Source of the DNA: Chloroflexota bacterium
GTDB taxonomy: Bacteria; Chloroflexota; Limnocylindria; Limnocylindrales; CSP1-4
Direction: 5' to 3'
DNA: 64,000 bases
NCBI GenBank assembly: GCA_005882635.1
Contig: VBFG01000040.1
Location: 32,249-96,248 of the forward strand
Part shown: piece after piece, positions 1 through 9,156 of the stretch
Numbering within the stretch: the first letter of the stretch is position 1
How the letters are laid out: the number at the start of each line of letters is the position of its first letter
Made by a program: the position numbers and the translations under genes
Notes under the pieces: generated by a model
Database searches by the model: none
What the model was told of the DNA's origin: nothing
The model's input: the letters and a program-made list of their open reading frames with translations, nothing else

Positions 1-806
1 TCGTCGGCCATCCGCTCCGGTGGGCCCTCGAGCGGGACGATCCGGTCGGTCGTGGTCGTGTCGCCCATCGTCCGGCCCCGGCCGCCCGGCAGCCGGACCT
101 GAACCGCGACCGTCCGCTTGATCGCCGCCGGGTCCCGGCCGACGTCGCGGCACGCGTCGTCCACGACCGCCCGGAGCGGCGCAACCCCGGCCGGCGTGTT
201 GTTCGTGTCCGCGTACCACGTGTTCCAGGCGTGCGCATGGGACAAGGCGATCCGCAGCATCCGCGGTCCGTTCGAGCCGATCAGGAGCGGCGGGCCGCCC
301 GGCCGCGGCCGCGGCAGGAGCTCGCAATCGCGAGCCTGGTAGTAGCGCCCGTCGAAGTCGATCGCGCCTTCCTGGAGGAGCGTCCGGATGATCGTGAACG
401 CCTCCTCGAAGCGGTCGACGCGATGGTCGAACGGGAAGCCGAACGCCCGGAACTCGGTCTCGCTCCAGCCCGCCCCCAGCCCGAGGACGAACCGGCCGCC
501 GGCGATCTCGTCGATCGTCGCGGCCTGCTTCGCGAGCATGGCCGGGTTGTGGAAGCTCGTGCAGGCGACGAGCGGCCCGATGGTGACGGTCGTCGTCGCG
601 GCCGCCAGGGCCGCCATGAGCGTCCACGCTTCCCACGGACCGCGCGGCTCCCGATCGGGCCAGCGGTAGAGGAGGTGCTCGCCGACCCACAGGCCGTCGA
701 AGCCGAGGTCGTCGATCGCCCGGGCCATGTCGAGCAGCTCCGGCCAGCGGACCTCGCGCTCGACCTCGGGCAGCTGCACGCCGATTCGGATGGGACGGGT
801 CATCAT
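1..806 (-). CDS. LLM-class (luciferase-like) F420-dependent oxidoreductase; C-terminus runs off the window
   Basis: Absent from the ORF track because there is no stop inside the window. Own translation from ATG at 806: MMTRPIRIGVQLPEVEREVRWPELLDMARAIDDLGFDGLWVGEHLL...GRFVLGLGAGWSETEFRAFGFPFDHRVDRFEEAFTIIRTLL. This is typical of the luciferase-like/F420 oxidoreductase barrel, and GC3 is high. Confidence 0.75.
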   Translation of the reverse strand, partial: MMTRPIRIGVQLPEVEREVRWPELLDMARAIDDLGFDGLWVGEHLLYRWPDREPRGPWEAWTLMAALAAATTTVTIGPLVACTSFHNPAMLAKQAATIDEIAGGRFVLGLGAGWSETEFRAFGFPFDHRVDRFEEAFTIIRTLLQEGAIDFDGRYYQARDCELLPRPRPGGPPLLIGSNGPRMLRIALSHAHAWNTWYADTNNTPAGVAPLRAVVDDACRDVGRDPAAIKRTVAVQVRLPGGRGRTMGDTTTTDRIVPLEGPPERMAD

Positions 807-879
807 CGCCATTCTCGCCGAGCCCGACCCCAGCCAGGGTCGTCATCCCGCCGTCATCGCCGAGGTCGACCGTCCGAGC

Positions 880-3597
880 ATGCTGAACCCCACGCTCGAT
901 CCCGAGCGAGTCCGCCTGCGCGAGGGGCGCGAGGGGGTCGTGGCCTGGCGGCTGTGGGGCCCGTATCTCGCGGATCGGGCGTGGGGCACGGTCCGCGAGG
1001 ACTACTCGTCCGGCGGCGACGCGTGGGGCTATTTCCCGCACGATCACGCCCGCTCGCGCGCCTATCGCTGGGCCGAGGACGGGCTCCTCGGGATCTGCGA
1101 CGAATGGGGTCGGCTGTGCTTCGCCGTCGCCCTCTGGAACGAACGCGACCCGATCCTCAAGGAGCGGCTGTTCGGGCTCAGCGGGCCGGAGGGCAATCAC
1201 GGCGAAGACGTCAAGGAGGTCTACGTCCACCTCGACGCGACGCCGACGGGGTCGTGGCTCCACGCGTTGTACCGCTATCCCCACGCCGGGTTCCCGTACG
1301 CGGATCTCGTCTCCGAGAACGCCCGCCGCGGCCGCGACGATCCCGAATACGAGCTGGTCGATACGGGTGTCCTGGACGACCGTCGGTTCACCGACGTCGA
1401 GGTCGAGTACGCCAAGGCCGGTCCCGACGACATCGTGATCCGGATCAGCGCGACGAACCGCGGGCCCGGCGCCGCCCCGCTCCACGTCCTCCCGACGCTC
1501 TGGTTCCGCAACACGTGGGCATGGGGCGACGACGTTCCGCGGCCGACGATCCGGCCCGAGGCCGGCGGCCTCCGCGCGGATCACGCTCGCCTCGGGACGT
1601 ACCGCCTGACGACGGATGGCCAGCCGGACGCCCTGTTCACCGAGAACGAGACGAACGCCGAGCGGCTCTTCGGCGTCCCGTCACGAACCGCGGCCGTCAA
1701 GGACGCCTTCCATCTCGCGATCGTCGACGGCGACCGGAGCCGTCTCGTCGCCGACCCGTCGGCGGGCGTCACGAAGGCGGCCTTCCACCGACGCTGGGTC
1801 CTGGAGCCAGGCGAACGCCGGTCGACCATCCTCCGACTCCGCGCCGACACCGCAACACCGTCTCCGCCCGAGGATCCGGCCGACGTCCTCGTCACGCGCC
1901 GCGCCGAGGCGGACGCGTTCTTCGCGACCGTGTCGCCGCCGACCCTGTCGGCCGACGAGGCGATGGTCCAGCGTCGAGCTTTCGCGGGCCTGGTCTGGGG
2001 CAAGCAGTTCTACGGCTACGACGTCGGACGGTGGCTCGACGGCGATCCGGCCGGCCCGTCTCCGCCGGTCGAGCGCGAGACCGGCCGCAACGCCGACTGG
2101 CGCGAGCTGAATGGCGCCGACGTCATCTCGATGCCCGATCCGTGGGAGTACCCATGGTTCGCCGCCTGGGACCTCGCGTTCCACGCGGTCCCGTTCGCCC
2201 TCATCGACCCCGACTTCGCGAAGCACCAGCTCGTGCTGCTGACGCGCGAGTGGTTCATGCACCCAAACGGGCAGCTGCCGGCCTACGAGTGGAACTTCTC
2301 CGACGTCAACCCGCCGGTCCATGCCTGGGCGACGTGGCGCGTCTTCCAGATCGATCGGCGGCTCCGCGGGACGCCGGACCGCGCCTTCCTGGAGCGCGTC
2401 TTCCACAAGCTGCTCCTGAACTTCACGTGGTGGGTGAACCGCAAGGACCGCGAGGGCCACAACGTCTTCCAGGGCGGTTTCCTCGGGCTGGACAACATCG
2501 GCGTGTTCGACCGCAGCGCCGAGCTGCCGGGTGGCGGCCACCTCGCCCAGGCAGACGGGACGGCGTGGATGGGCTTCTACAGCCTGCAGATGATGCGGAT
2601 CGCCCTGGAGCTCGCCCGCGAGAACCGCGTCTACGAGGACGTCGCAACGAAGTTCTTCGAGCACTTCCTGTACATCGCCGGAGCGCTGAACGACATCGGC
2701 GGGTCCGGAATCCCGCTGTGGGACGACGGCGACGGCTTCTTCTACGACGTCCTCCACCTGCCCGACGACTCGAAGATCCAGCTGAAGGTGCGCTCGGTCG
2801 TCGGGCTCATCCCGTTGCTGGCGGTCGAGACGCTGGAGCCGGAGCTGCTCGACCAGATGCCGGAGTTCGCGCGGCGGATGCGCTGGTTCCTCCGCAACCG
2901 GCCGGCGCTCGCCGCGCTCGTGTCGCGCTGGGAGGAGCCGGGCATGGGCGATCGACGGCTGCTGGCGCTCGTCCGGGGCCACCGGATGAAGCTGCTCCTG
3001 CGGCGGATGCTCGACGAGACCGAGTTCTTGTCCGACCACGGGATCCGATCGTTGAGCCGGTTCCACGCCGACCATCCGTACGTCCTCGACTTCGGCGGCT
3101 CCGTCCACTCGGTCGACTACGAGCCCACCGAATCGCGGACCGGAACGTTCGGCGGGAACTCGAACTGGCGCGGCCCGGTGTGGTTCCCGCTCAACCACCT
3201 CCTGATCGAGGCGCTCCAGAAGTTCCACCACTACTACGGCGACGACTTCCGGGTCGAGGCGCCGACGGGCTCGGGGCGGCTCCTCACCCTCGGCGAGGTC
3301 GCCGACGAGCTGGCCACGCGGCTCAGCCGGCTGTTCCTGCCCGGCCCCGACGGCCGCCGCCCGGCCGACGGGGAGCGCCGCGCCAACGGCGGGACGGACT
3401 CTGCCGATCACGTCCTGTTCTACGAGTATTTCGACGGCGACACGGGGGCGGGTCTCGGGGCGAGCCACCAGACGGGCTGGACGGCGCTCGTCGCGAAGCA
3501 GCTCGACCAGCTGGCCCGACAGCGCGAGCGCGCCGGAGGCGGATCCACCACACCGCTGTCGAGGCCCGACGTGAGAGGAGCGCAGCGCGAACTCTAG
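880..3597 (+). CDS. GH63-like glucosidase (MGH1-like glycoside hydrolase)
   Basis: ORF 727..3597. Start moved to ATG 880 (MLNPTLDPERV), which avoids overlap with the divergent gene. Motifs WRLWGPYLADRAWGTVREDYS, HGEDVKEVY and DPWEYPWFAAWDLAFH...NGQLPAYEW are characteristic of the (alpha/alpha)6 GH63 family. Confidence 0.75.
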   Translation: MLNPTLDPERVRLREGREGVVAWRLWGPYLADRAWGTVREDYSSGGDAWGYFPHDHARSRAYRWAEDGLLGICDEWGRLCFAVALWNERDPILKERLFGLSGPEGNHGEDVKEVYVHLDATPTGSWLHALYRYPHAGFPYADLVSENARRGRDDPEYELVDTGVLDDRRFTDVEVEYAKAGPDDIVIRISATNRGPGAAPLHVLPTLWFRNTWAWGDDVPRPTIRPEAGGLRADHARLGTYRLTTDGQPDALFTENETNAERLFGVPSRTAAVKDAFHLAIVDGDRSRLVADPSAGVTKAAFHRRWVLEPGERRSTILRLRADTATPSPPEDPADVLVTRRAEADAFFATVSPPTLSADEAMVQRRAFAGLVWGKQFYGYDVGRWLDGDPAGPSPPVERETGRNADWRELNGADVISMPDPWEYPWFAAWDLAFHAVPFALIDPDFAKHQLVLLTREWFMHPNGQLPAYEWNFSDVNPPVHAWATWRVFQIDRRLRGTPDRAFLERVFHKLLLNFTWWVNRKDREGHNVFQGGFLGLDNIGVFDRSAELPGGGHLAQADGTAWMGFYSLQMMRIALELARENRVYEDVATKFFEHFLYIAGALNDIGGSGIPLWDDGDGFFYDVLHLPDDSKIQLKVRSVVGLIPLLAVETLEPELLDQMPEFARRMRWFLRNRPALAALVSRWEEPGMGDRRLLALVRGHRMKLLLRRMLDETEFLSDHGIRSLSRFHADHPYVLDFGGSVHSVDYEPTESRTGTFGGNSNWRGPVWFPLNHLLIEALQKFHHYYGDDFRVEAPTGSGRLLTLGEVADELATRLSRLFLPGPDGRRPADGERRANGGTDSADHVLFYEYFDGDTGAGLGASHQTGWTALVAKQLDQLARQRERAGGGSTTPLSRPDVRGAQREL

Positions 3598-3607
3598 CGC
3601 CGCGGAC

Positions 3608-4258
3608 CTAGGCTCGGATGGCCGCCCAGACGTTGTCCATCAGCCCGTCGACCCAGGCCTCGGTCGTCCGCTCACGGAGGATCGCGTGGTGGGCGAAGAT
3701 CGCCCCGGCCATCATCTCGGTCACGATCAGCGGGTCCGCGTCCGGGCGGACCTCGCCGCGTTCGATCCCCCGCCGGAGCAGCTCGATGACGAGCGCCCGG
3801 CGTGGCTCCAGCAGCCGCTGGCGGAACGTCGCGAGGAGGTCGGGCTCGCGCGGGTCCTCGACGAGCAGCGAGCCGAGGATCCGGCTCGCGCCGCTGTCGA
3901 CCATCGCATGGATGATCACGTCGACGACGGACCTGAGCGCCGACCGGGTGTCCGAGTTGGCAGCCGGGCTCGGGAACGGAATCTCGACCTGAAGCGCGGC
4001 CATGACGAGGTCGCGCTTCGTCGGGTAGCGCCGGTAGATCGTCGTCTTGGCCACGCCGGCGACGGCGGCAACAGCCTCGACCGACAGGTTCCCGTAGCCG
4101 ACCTCGACGAGCTGGCGGAACGTCGCCGCCAGGATCGCCTGGTCGGTGTCCGGGTGGCGGGGACGCCCCCGACCGGCCGCGGGGGCCGAGCGGCCGGTCG
4201 TGGAGGCGGTCGGCGCCGCAGTCGTGGCGCGGCGCCGGACGGGAGTGCTCGCACTCAC
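3608..4258 (-). CDS. TetR/AcrR family transcriptional regulator
   Basis: HTH region LSVEAVAAVAGVAKTTIYRRYPTKRDLVMAAL. The GTG start overlaps the upstream MFS stop (GTGA). Confidence 0.85.
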   Translation of the reverse strand: MSASTPVRRRATTAAPTASTTGRSAPAAGRGRPRHPDTDQAILAATFRQLVEVGYGNLSVEAVAAVAGVAKTTIYRRYPTKRDLVMAALQVEIPFPSPAANSDTRSALRSVVDVIIHAMVDSGASRILGSLLVEDPREPDLLATFRQRLLEPRRALVIELLRRGIERGEVRPDADPLIVTEMMAGAIFAHHAILRERTTEAWVDGLMDNVWAAIRA

Positions 4259-5847
4259 CGAGTGAGGTTAACCGCTCCCTCCGTGGATCGTGGCGCGCCG
4301 GCGTGCGACGACTCGGCGACGCTCCGGGCCGGCATCGCCCGGGCGACGAAGGCGGCCGTGCCGACGGCGACGACGGCGCCGACCACGGCTGCCACGTGGA
4401 GGGCGTCGACGAATGAGCCGCGGGCGACGGCCGCGAGCGCATCACCCGCCGCCCCGCCGACGCGATTGGCGATCGTGATCGCCGCACCGACCGAATCGGT
4501 CACCAGCGCCGCCGCCTGTGGCGGCACGCCGGCCGCAGCCGCCGCATCGGTCATGCGGTCGCGATACACGGTGTTCATCACCGACCCGATGATCGCGATG
4601 CCGAGCGCCCCGCCGAGCTGTCGGAGCAGGTCGTTCATCGCCGACCCGACGCCGGCCTTCGCCGCGGGCACGGCCGACATGACCGATCCGGTCGACGGAG
4701 CCATCACGTTCGCCATGCAGACCGCGAGGGCGAACAGGGTGACGCTGACGACGAGCGGGTCGGTCGTCGGGGTCCACTGGGTGAGCGTGAGCAGGACCAG
4801 CGCGACGCCGACGAGGGCCCCGGCGACGACCCGCCGAGTCCCGACGTGCTCGGTCGCCTTGAGGCTGATCCGGGCCCCGAACGGGATGCCGACGGCGAGC
4901 GCGACCATCAGGGTCCCCGCCTCGAGCGCGGTCTTGCCGAGCACGAACTGGAGGTACTGGGTCAGCCCGAAGATGACGGCGAACATCGCGAAGAAGGTCA
5001 GGGCGATGGCGAGCGCGCCGCCGCTGAAGCGCCGGTCGCGGAACAGGGCGAGATCGAGCATCGGCTCGTCGGTGTGCGTCTCGCGCCAGGCGAAGATCGC
5101 TCCGAGGACCGCCGCGATCGCGAACGACACGAGGATCTCGGTGCTGGTCCAGCCCTTCGACGGGGCCTCGATGATCCCGTAGACGAGGGCACCAACGGCC
5201 CCGATCGACAGTGTCGCGCCCGGGAGGTCGAGGCTGCTCGCGCTCGGATCGCGGCTCTCGGGGACCAGGAACCAGCCGAAGACGAGGGCGATGACCGCGA
5301 TCGGGACGTTGACGAGGAAGACCGAGCTCCAGCTGAAGTTCTCGATCAGGAGCCCGCCGATCAGGGGGCCGAGGCCCACGCCGAGGCCGGATACGCCCGC
5401 CCAGACCGCGATCGCCCGGCTCCGCTCGGCCGGCGGGAAGACATTGACGATCACCGACAGCGTCGACGGCATGATCAGCGCCCCGCCGATCCCCATCGCA
5501 ACGCGGGCCGCGATCAGCTGGGTCGCCGTCGTGGCGAACGTTGCCGCGATCGACGAGGCGGCGAAGATCAGCAGGCCGAACTGAAGGGCGCGGGCGCGAC
5601 CGAAGCGGTCGCCGAGGGCGCCCATCGTCAGCAGCAGGCCGGCGAAGACGAGGACGTAGGCGTCGACCATCCACTGCAGCTCGGCGGCGGTCGCCTGGAA
5701 GGTCCGCTGGAGCGTGGGCAGGGCGACGTTCAGGATCGTGTTGTCGAGGCCGATGATCACGAGACTGAGGGACAGAACGGCGAGCGTCCCCCAGCGGCGG
5801 GCGTGGATCCGCTCGGCGTCGGAGCGGATCGGATCGTGGGCGGTCAT
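4255..5847 (-). CDS. MFS transporter, DHA2 (EmrB/QacA) drug:H+ antiporter family
   Basis: Internal ATG at 5847 of ORF 4255..6417 gives MTAHDPIRSD...LSLVIIGLDNTILNVALPTLQ...GALGDRFGRAR, with about 14 hydrophobic segments. The upstream ORF extension looks non-coding. Confidence 0.85.
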   Translation of the reverse strand: MTAHDPIRSDAERIHARRWGTLAVLSLSLVIIGLDNTILNVALPTLQRTFQATAAELQWMVDAYVLVFAGLLLTMGALGDRFGRARALQFGLLIFAASSIAATFATTATQLIAARVAMGIGGALIMPSTLSVIVNVFPPAERSRAIAVWAGVSGLGVGLGPLIGGLLIENFSWSSVFLVNVPIAVIALVFGWFLVPESRDPSASSLDLPGATLSIGAVGALVYGIIEAPSKGWTSTEILVSFAIAAVLGAIFAWRETHTDEPMLDLALFRDRRFSGGALAIALTFFAMFAVIFGLTQYLQFVLGKTALEAGTLMVALAVGIPFGARISLKATEHVGTRRVVAGALVGVALVLLTLTQWTPTTDPLVVSVTLFALAVCMANVMAPSTGSVMSAVPAAKAGVGSAMNDLLRQLGGALGIAIIGSVMNTVYRDRMTDAAAAAGVPPQAAALVTDSVGAAITIANRVGGAAGDALAAVARGSFVDALHVAAVVGAVVAVGTAAFVARAMPARSVAESSHAGAPRSTEGAVNLTR

Positions 5848-5894
5848 CTGTGGTGCTCCGTGGTTCCGGCCGCCTCCGTCATCGGCGACCTTAT

Positions 5895-5916
5895 TACGAT
5901 ACGCTACGGTATCGTA
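5895..5916. promoter_or_regulatory. Inverted repeat TACGATAC-N6-GTATCGTA; candidate TetR operator
   Basis: Perfect 8-bp arms, 48-69 nt upstream of the MFS start, in the divergent intergenic region of the MFS-TetR operon. Confidence 0.35.
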
Positions 5917-5976
5917 TCTGTAGCCGATGTCAAGACCCTGGTCGACGCCAACGGCGGAACGCGAGACCATGGGAGC

Positions 5977-6459
5977 GTGACCGAATCCACCGCCGCGCCG
6001 ACCTCGACGGTCGACCACCCGTACGCCGCCGCCATCGACCGCGAGCGCGAGCGGTTCGATGAGCTGCTGATGCTGATCGGCCGGCTCGACGCCGAGCAGC
6101 GCGAGCGCCCCGGCTACTTCGCGGATGACCATTGGAGCGTCAAGGACCTCGTGGCGCATCTCGGAGCCTGGATGGCCGAGGCGGAGATCCAGCTGCTCCG
6201 GATCGAGGCGGGGACCTACGTCGAGGAGCGGCTCGACATCGACGCGATGAACGCGGAGTTCCTGGCCGCGCTCCGCGACCAGCCGTGGGCCGTCTGCTGG
6301 GCCCAGATGCACTCCGCGCGGGCCCAGATGCTCTCCGTGTGGAACCGGCTGCCGAGCGAGGCGGATGCCGCCGATTGGTGGGTCCGCAAGTCCGGTGCCG
6401 ACCACCTCGACGAGCACCTCCCGCGGCTCCGGGAGTGGGTCGCGGAGTTCCGGGGCTAG
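5977..6459 (+). CDS. DinB-like / mycothiol-dependent maleylpyruvate isomerase N-terminal-domain family protein
   Basis: C-terminal part of ORF 4846..6459: HWSVKDLVAHLGAWMAEAEIQLLRIEAG...ADHLDEHLPRLREWV. The start (GTG 5977) is uncertain. Confidence 0.6.
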   Translation: MTESTAAPTSTVDHPYAAAIDRERERFDELLMLIGRLDAEQRERPGYFADDHWSVKDLVAHLGAWMAEAEIQLLRIEAGTYVEERLDIDAMNAEFLAALRDQPWAVCWAQMHSARAQMLSVWNRLPSEADAADWWVRKSGADHLDEHLPRLREWVAEFRG

Positions 6460-6468
6460 CTCGCGTCA

Positions 6469-6494
6469 CGCGCCGGAGGCGCGGATTTCTCTCT
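6469..6494 (+). terminator. Possible intrinsic terminator after the DinB-like gene
   Basis: CGCGCC-GGA-GGCGCG stem-loop followed by GATTTCTCTCT, 10 nt after the stop. The stem is short. Confidence 0.3.
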
Positions 6495-6647
6495 GGAGAG
6501 AACAGGAGGAGCGCGTGTGGGGCTCCAGCCGGGCTCACGGAGCCGGGCCGACCGGAGCCGAACGGGGCGCCTGCTCGCGAGAGGCCGGAAGCGTTACTGA
6601 CCAGCCGCCGCGCGCGGGCTCGAGGCGATTCCTGTTCGCTGGGGAGG

Positions 6648-6671
6648 AAAAGTCCGCCGCTCGAGTCGGCG
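6648..6671 (-). terminator. Possible terminator downstream of tRNA-Pro
   Basis: Minus strand reads CGCCG-ACTCGAG-CGGCG, then GACTTTTCC, 14 nt after the tRNA 3' end. Confidence 0.35.
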
Positions 6672-6684
6672 ACCGAGTTGCGAG

Positions 6685-6761
6685 TGGTCGGGGTGGTCGG
6701 ATTCGAACCGACGATCTCGTGCTCCCAAAGCACGTGCGTTAGCCAGCTACGCCACACCCCG
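6685..6761 (-). tRNA. tRNA-Pro (anticodon UGG), CCA encoded
   Basis: Manual fold: acceptor CGGGGTG/CACCCCG, D arm GCGT-AGCTGGCTA-ACGC, anticodon arm CGTGC-TTTGGGA-GCACG, variable loop AGATC, T arm GTCGG-TTCGAAT-CCGAC, discriminator A, then CCA. Confidence 0.93.
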
Positions 6762-7285
6762 CCCCGGCGATCCTACTCTGCCGGACCCTGGGGCAACGCG
6801 TCCACGCAACGTCTGATTGCTCTGTTTTGATGCGGCCAGCCAGCCAAATGGCGAAAGCTTCTGTCGTGGGCGGCTCGCGGCGCGGATCGCGGCACGACGC
6901 CGCGGCTGGGAGCCCGACAACTCCGGCCCGCATGATCGCGGATTGGCATCGCCGGGAGGTCCTGCCGAAGGTCCGGCGATGCCTGTCAAGGCCATTCGTG
7001 CGGCGACAGGGCTCTCCCTGAGACGCGCATCCAGTGTCCGGGCGGGCGAGGTCGCGCCTCATCCCGCCCACTGCCAGCGGCGACGGATCACGCTCCCGTC
7101 AACCGGAGTCCTGAAGAGCAAGGTTCTGCAGCATCAGGACCGAGACAGCGCCTCGTGGCGTTCATCCTCTTCATCTTTCTGGCGACGTTCGCGTTCCTCT
7201 TTTATCGACTAGGGCGGCTGGGGCGAGCTTCGGGGACGTGTGGAAATCGAACTACTAGATGGCCGCATCTGCGGGCAGGTAAAGA

Positions 7286-7313
7286 GTTCGGCCCGCCGTC
7301 CGGCGGGCCGAAC
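7286..7313 (-). terminator. Strong hairpin downstream of the 601-aa secreted protein gene
   Basis: Perfect 12-bp stem GTTCGGCCCGCC / GGCGGGCCGAAC with a 4-nt loop. The minus strand continues TCTTTACC. Confidence 0.55.
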
Positions 7314-7335
7314 TGATGTGCGACGCCAGTCCTAT

Positions 7336-7371
7336 CTAGGTGGTCGGGACCTTCTAGGTGGTCGGGACCTT
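7336..7371. repeat. Perfect 18-bp tandem duplication (CTAGGTGGTCGGGACCTT x2) spanning the stop codon of the 601-aa gene
   Basis: Copies at 7336..7353 and 7354..7371 are identical. Each encodes KVPTT-stop on the minus strand. Confidence 0.9.
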
Positions 7372-9156
7372 GTACACGAATGTGGCCCAGTTCGCGAAAT
7401 CGGTCCGGGCGGGCGGTAGCAGGTCGCGGATGTACTCCGCGCCCATCCAGACGTTGCCGGAAGCGTCGGCCACGGCGGCCGAGTAGTCTCCCCAGCGACC
7501 AACCGGCGGAAGGCCGCCATTCAACTTGGGATAGCCCGAGAACCCGTCGTCCGGGAAGCGCCCGGCTGCCGCGATATGGACGGGACCCGCCCCTGTCGAC
7601 GGATCGAGCACCGAGTAGGCGGCACTCGGGAAGAAGTCGGGCCCCACGAGCGTGAACGCCATGACTGCCTTGCCCGCGGCGGTCACCCCGATCGAGGGGA
7701 AGGTCACCGTCTGTCCGGCGACGGACAGGTAGCCCTGGTTGCTGACGGTGTCGGTTGACGGGTTCACCACGAACCAGCCAATCCCTGTGACGACCGCGCC
7801 ATTGGGCTGCTTGACGGCGGTGTTGATCGCGGACCAGAGCTTGCCATTGGCGTAGACCACCTGCTGCAGGCGGTCCTCATTGCTGTTGATCAACTCCTCC
7901 GGGTTGTGGACGATGTTCCCGAGGTACAAGGGTCCCTTCTTCTGGACAGCGTTCGGCGGCTGCGTGTAGAGCTCGCTGTTCACCACCGTCAAGGCGAGGG
8001 TCAGACTCGGGGTCGCGTTCGCCAGCGAGGCGGTGTCCGTCAGCCTCCACAAGCCAAGCTGGCTCGACCGGACGCCCAGCGACGGGCCGGCGGTGAGGTC
8101 GAGACTGCTGAGGAAATATTGCGTTCCGCCGTTCGCCGTCGCGTACACGCCGGTTGGCGTGGTCGCCGGCTGGAGATCGAATGCGGGCGCACCGAACTGG
8201 GCCTGCGTGAACGGACCTGCGTCGATGTGCACGGCCGATGTCTTCGTGCCGGTCTCGATGCCGCTCTTCGAAAAGGCGTACAGCTGCGCGCCGGTGAAGT
8301 CGAAAGCCGCGAGCGTGTATGAACCTACGCTGATGTAGACGCCGTTTGCGTCCGCGCCGATCAGTGGCTGGTCAGCGAAGCACGGGCAACCTGTACGGTT
8401 GGGCGTTCCAGCCGACCCGTCATCGGTGGTGGCGATCTCGTACACCGTCCAGGTCGAGGTGGCGTCGGCGCTGTCGGAAACCGCGATGAAGAGATTGGTC
8501 GGCGCTTCGAAGGCGCCCGTCGACGCGTTCTGCGTGATCTGCAGCTCGATCTGGAACCAGCGCTGCGTGTCGGGGTCGAAGTAGCAGCGCGGGTCGCTGA
8601 TGAAGTCGCCGAAGACCGGCGGGGTCGAGCGAATGACCTCGGGCTTGGCATGGAAGAACTGGCTATATGCGGTGGGAGCGGTCAGCGGGGTGCCTGATGT
8701 GTCGTACACGCGGAAGGCATTGTTGACTCCCTCGAGGACCTGGCCGTTGCCTACGCACAGCGCCTGATCCGGCGGCTCCAGGCTGAACTGGGTGTTGGTG
8801 TAGATCCCGGTCCCGGCGGTCCGCTGATCCTTGTGGTTCAGCCCATCGAACCCCGCGAAGCCGCTGACCTGTCCGGCAACGACCAGTGTCGTGCTGACGG
8901 AAGGGGTGCCGGCGGCCGACGTGTGCCGGCGAGTCTTGGAGTTGGGCTCGTGTTCGGGGATCTCGAACTCGCCCGGCTGGATGGTGATCTTCGGTGCCTG
9001 CTTGATGGGTCGGGTCGTACCCACCAGGTGGGTGCGCTGCAGCGTGAACTTGGTGGACGAACCAGCAGCCCCCGCGCCGGTCACTGCCAACTGGGTCAGG
9101 ATCAGAGTCGCAGCGGTTGTCGCGGCCACCAATCGGCGCGCTGTTAGATGGAACAA
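7354..9156 (-). CDS. Secreted hypothetical protein, possibly beta-propeller-like (Asp-box-like SDSADATSTW, C-terminal RWGDYSAA)
   Basis: ORF 7354..9450. Start placed at TTG 9156, preceded by GAGGAGGAAAGTGAG, giving a signal-like N-terminus MFHLTARRLVAATTAATLILTQLAVTGAGA. Third codon positions are visibly more A/T-rich than in neighbouring genes. Confidence 0.65.
   Translation of the reverse strand: MFHLTARRLVAATTAATLILTQLAVTGAGAAGSSTKFTLQRTHLVGTTRPIKQAPKITIQPGEFEIPEHEPNSKTRRHTSAAGTPSVSTTLVVAGQVSGFAGFDGLNHKDQRTAGTGIYTNTQFSLEPPDQALCVGNGQVLEGVNNAFRVYDTSGTPLTAPTAYSQFFHAKPEVIRSTPPVFGDFISDPRCYFDPDTQRWFQIELQITQNASTGAFEAPTNLFIAVSDSADATSTWTVYEIATTDDGSAGTPNRTGCPCFADQPLIGADANGVYISVGSYTLAAFDFTGAQLYAFSKSGIETGTKTSAVHIDAGPFTQAQFGAPAFDLQPATTPTGVYATANGGTQYFLSSLDLTAGPSLGVRSSQLGLWRLTDTASLANATPSLTLALTVVNSELYTQPPNAVQKKGPLYLGNIVHNPEELINSNEDRLQQVVYANGKLWSAINTAVKQPNGAVVTGIGWFVVNPSTDTVSNQGYLSVAGQTVTFPSIGVTAAGKAVMAFTLVGPDFFPSAAYSVLDPSTGAGPVHIAAAGRFPDDGFSGYPKLNGGLPPVGRWGDYSAAVADASGNVWMGAEYIRDLLPPARTDFANWATFVYKVPTT

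Noticed and set aside
231-3611. Very long alternative-frame or antisense ORFs, for example 231..3611(+), 1681..3468(-), 11212..13224(-), 21900..24059(-), 33017..35488(+), 49314..51533(-) and 52770..54656(+).
   Set aside because: Their translations are Arg/Pro/Gly/Ala-rich low-complexity strings typical of shadow ORFs in about 70% GC DNA. Each overlaps an ORF with clear family motifs and proper GC3 bias.
4255-6417. The full 720-aa ORF as the MFS transporter gene.
   Set aside because: The first 189 residues are not transporter-like and overlap the divergent DinB-like gene. The ATG at 5847, with GGAG upstream, yields a standard 531-aa DHA2 protein.
6641-6660. GGGGAGGAAAAGTCCGCC resembles the conserved GAGGAAAGTCCGG (P4) segment of bacterial RNase P RNA.
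   Set aside because: It has an extra A, and the flanks have no other RNase P helices. A 350-400 nt RNA would have to run through the opposite-strand tRNA-Pro. The A-run is better explained as the complement of the T-tract of the tRNA-Pro terminator.
6762-7285. The long non-coding stretch after tRNA-Pro contains CCCACTGCC and GC-rich hairpins; I considered a cobalamin-type riboswitch or other ncRNA.
   Set aside because: There is no B12-box or conserved core, and no downstream gene in the right orientation. It is treated instead as degraded insert DNA (see the tRNA-fragment finding).
7155-7316. 53-codon plus-strand ORF starting at GTG with a hydrophobic stretch AFILFIFLATFAFLFY, in the AT-richer spacer.
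   Set aside because: It has no RBS and a low-complexity tail, and it ends inside the terminator hairpin of the convergent gene. It is below the ORF-track threshold and has no supporting motif.
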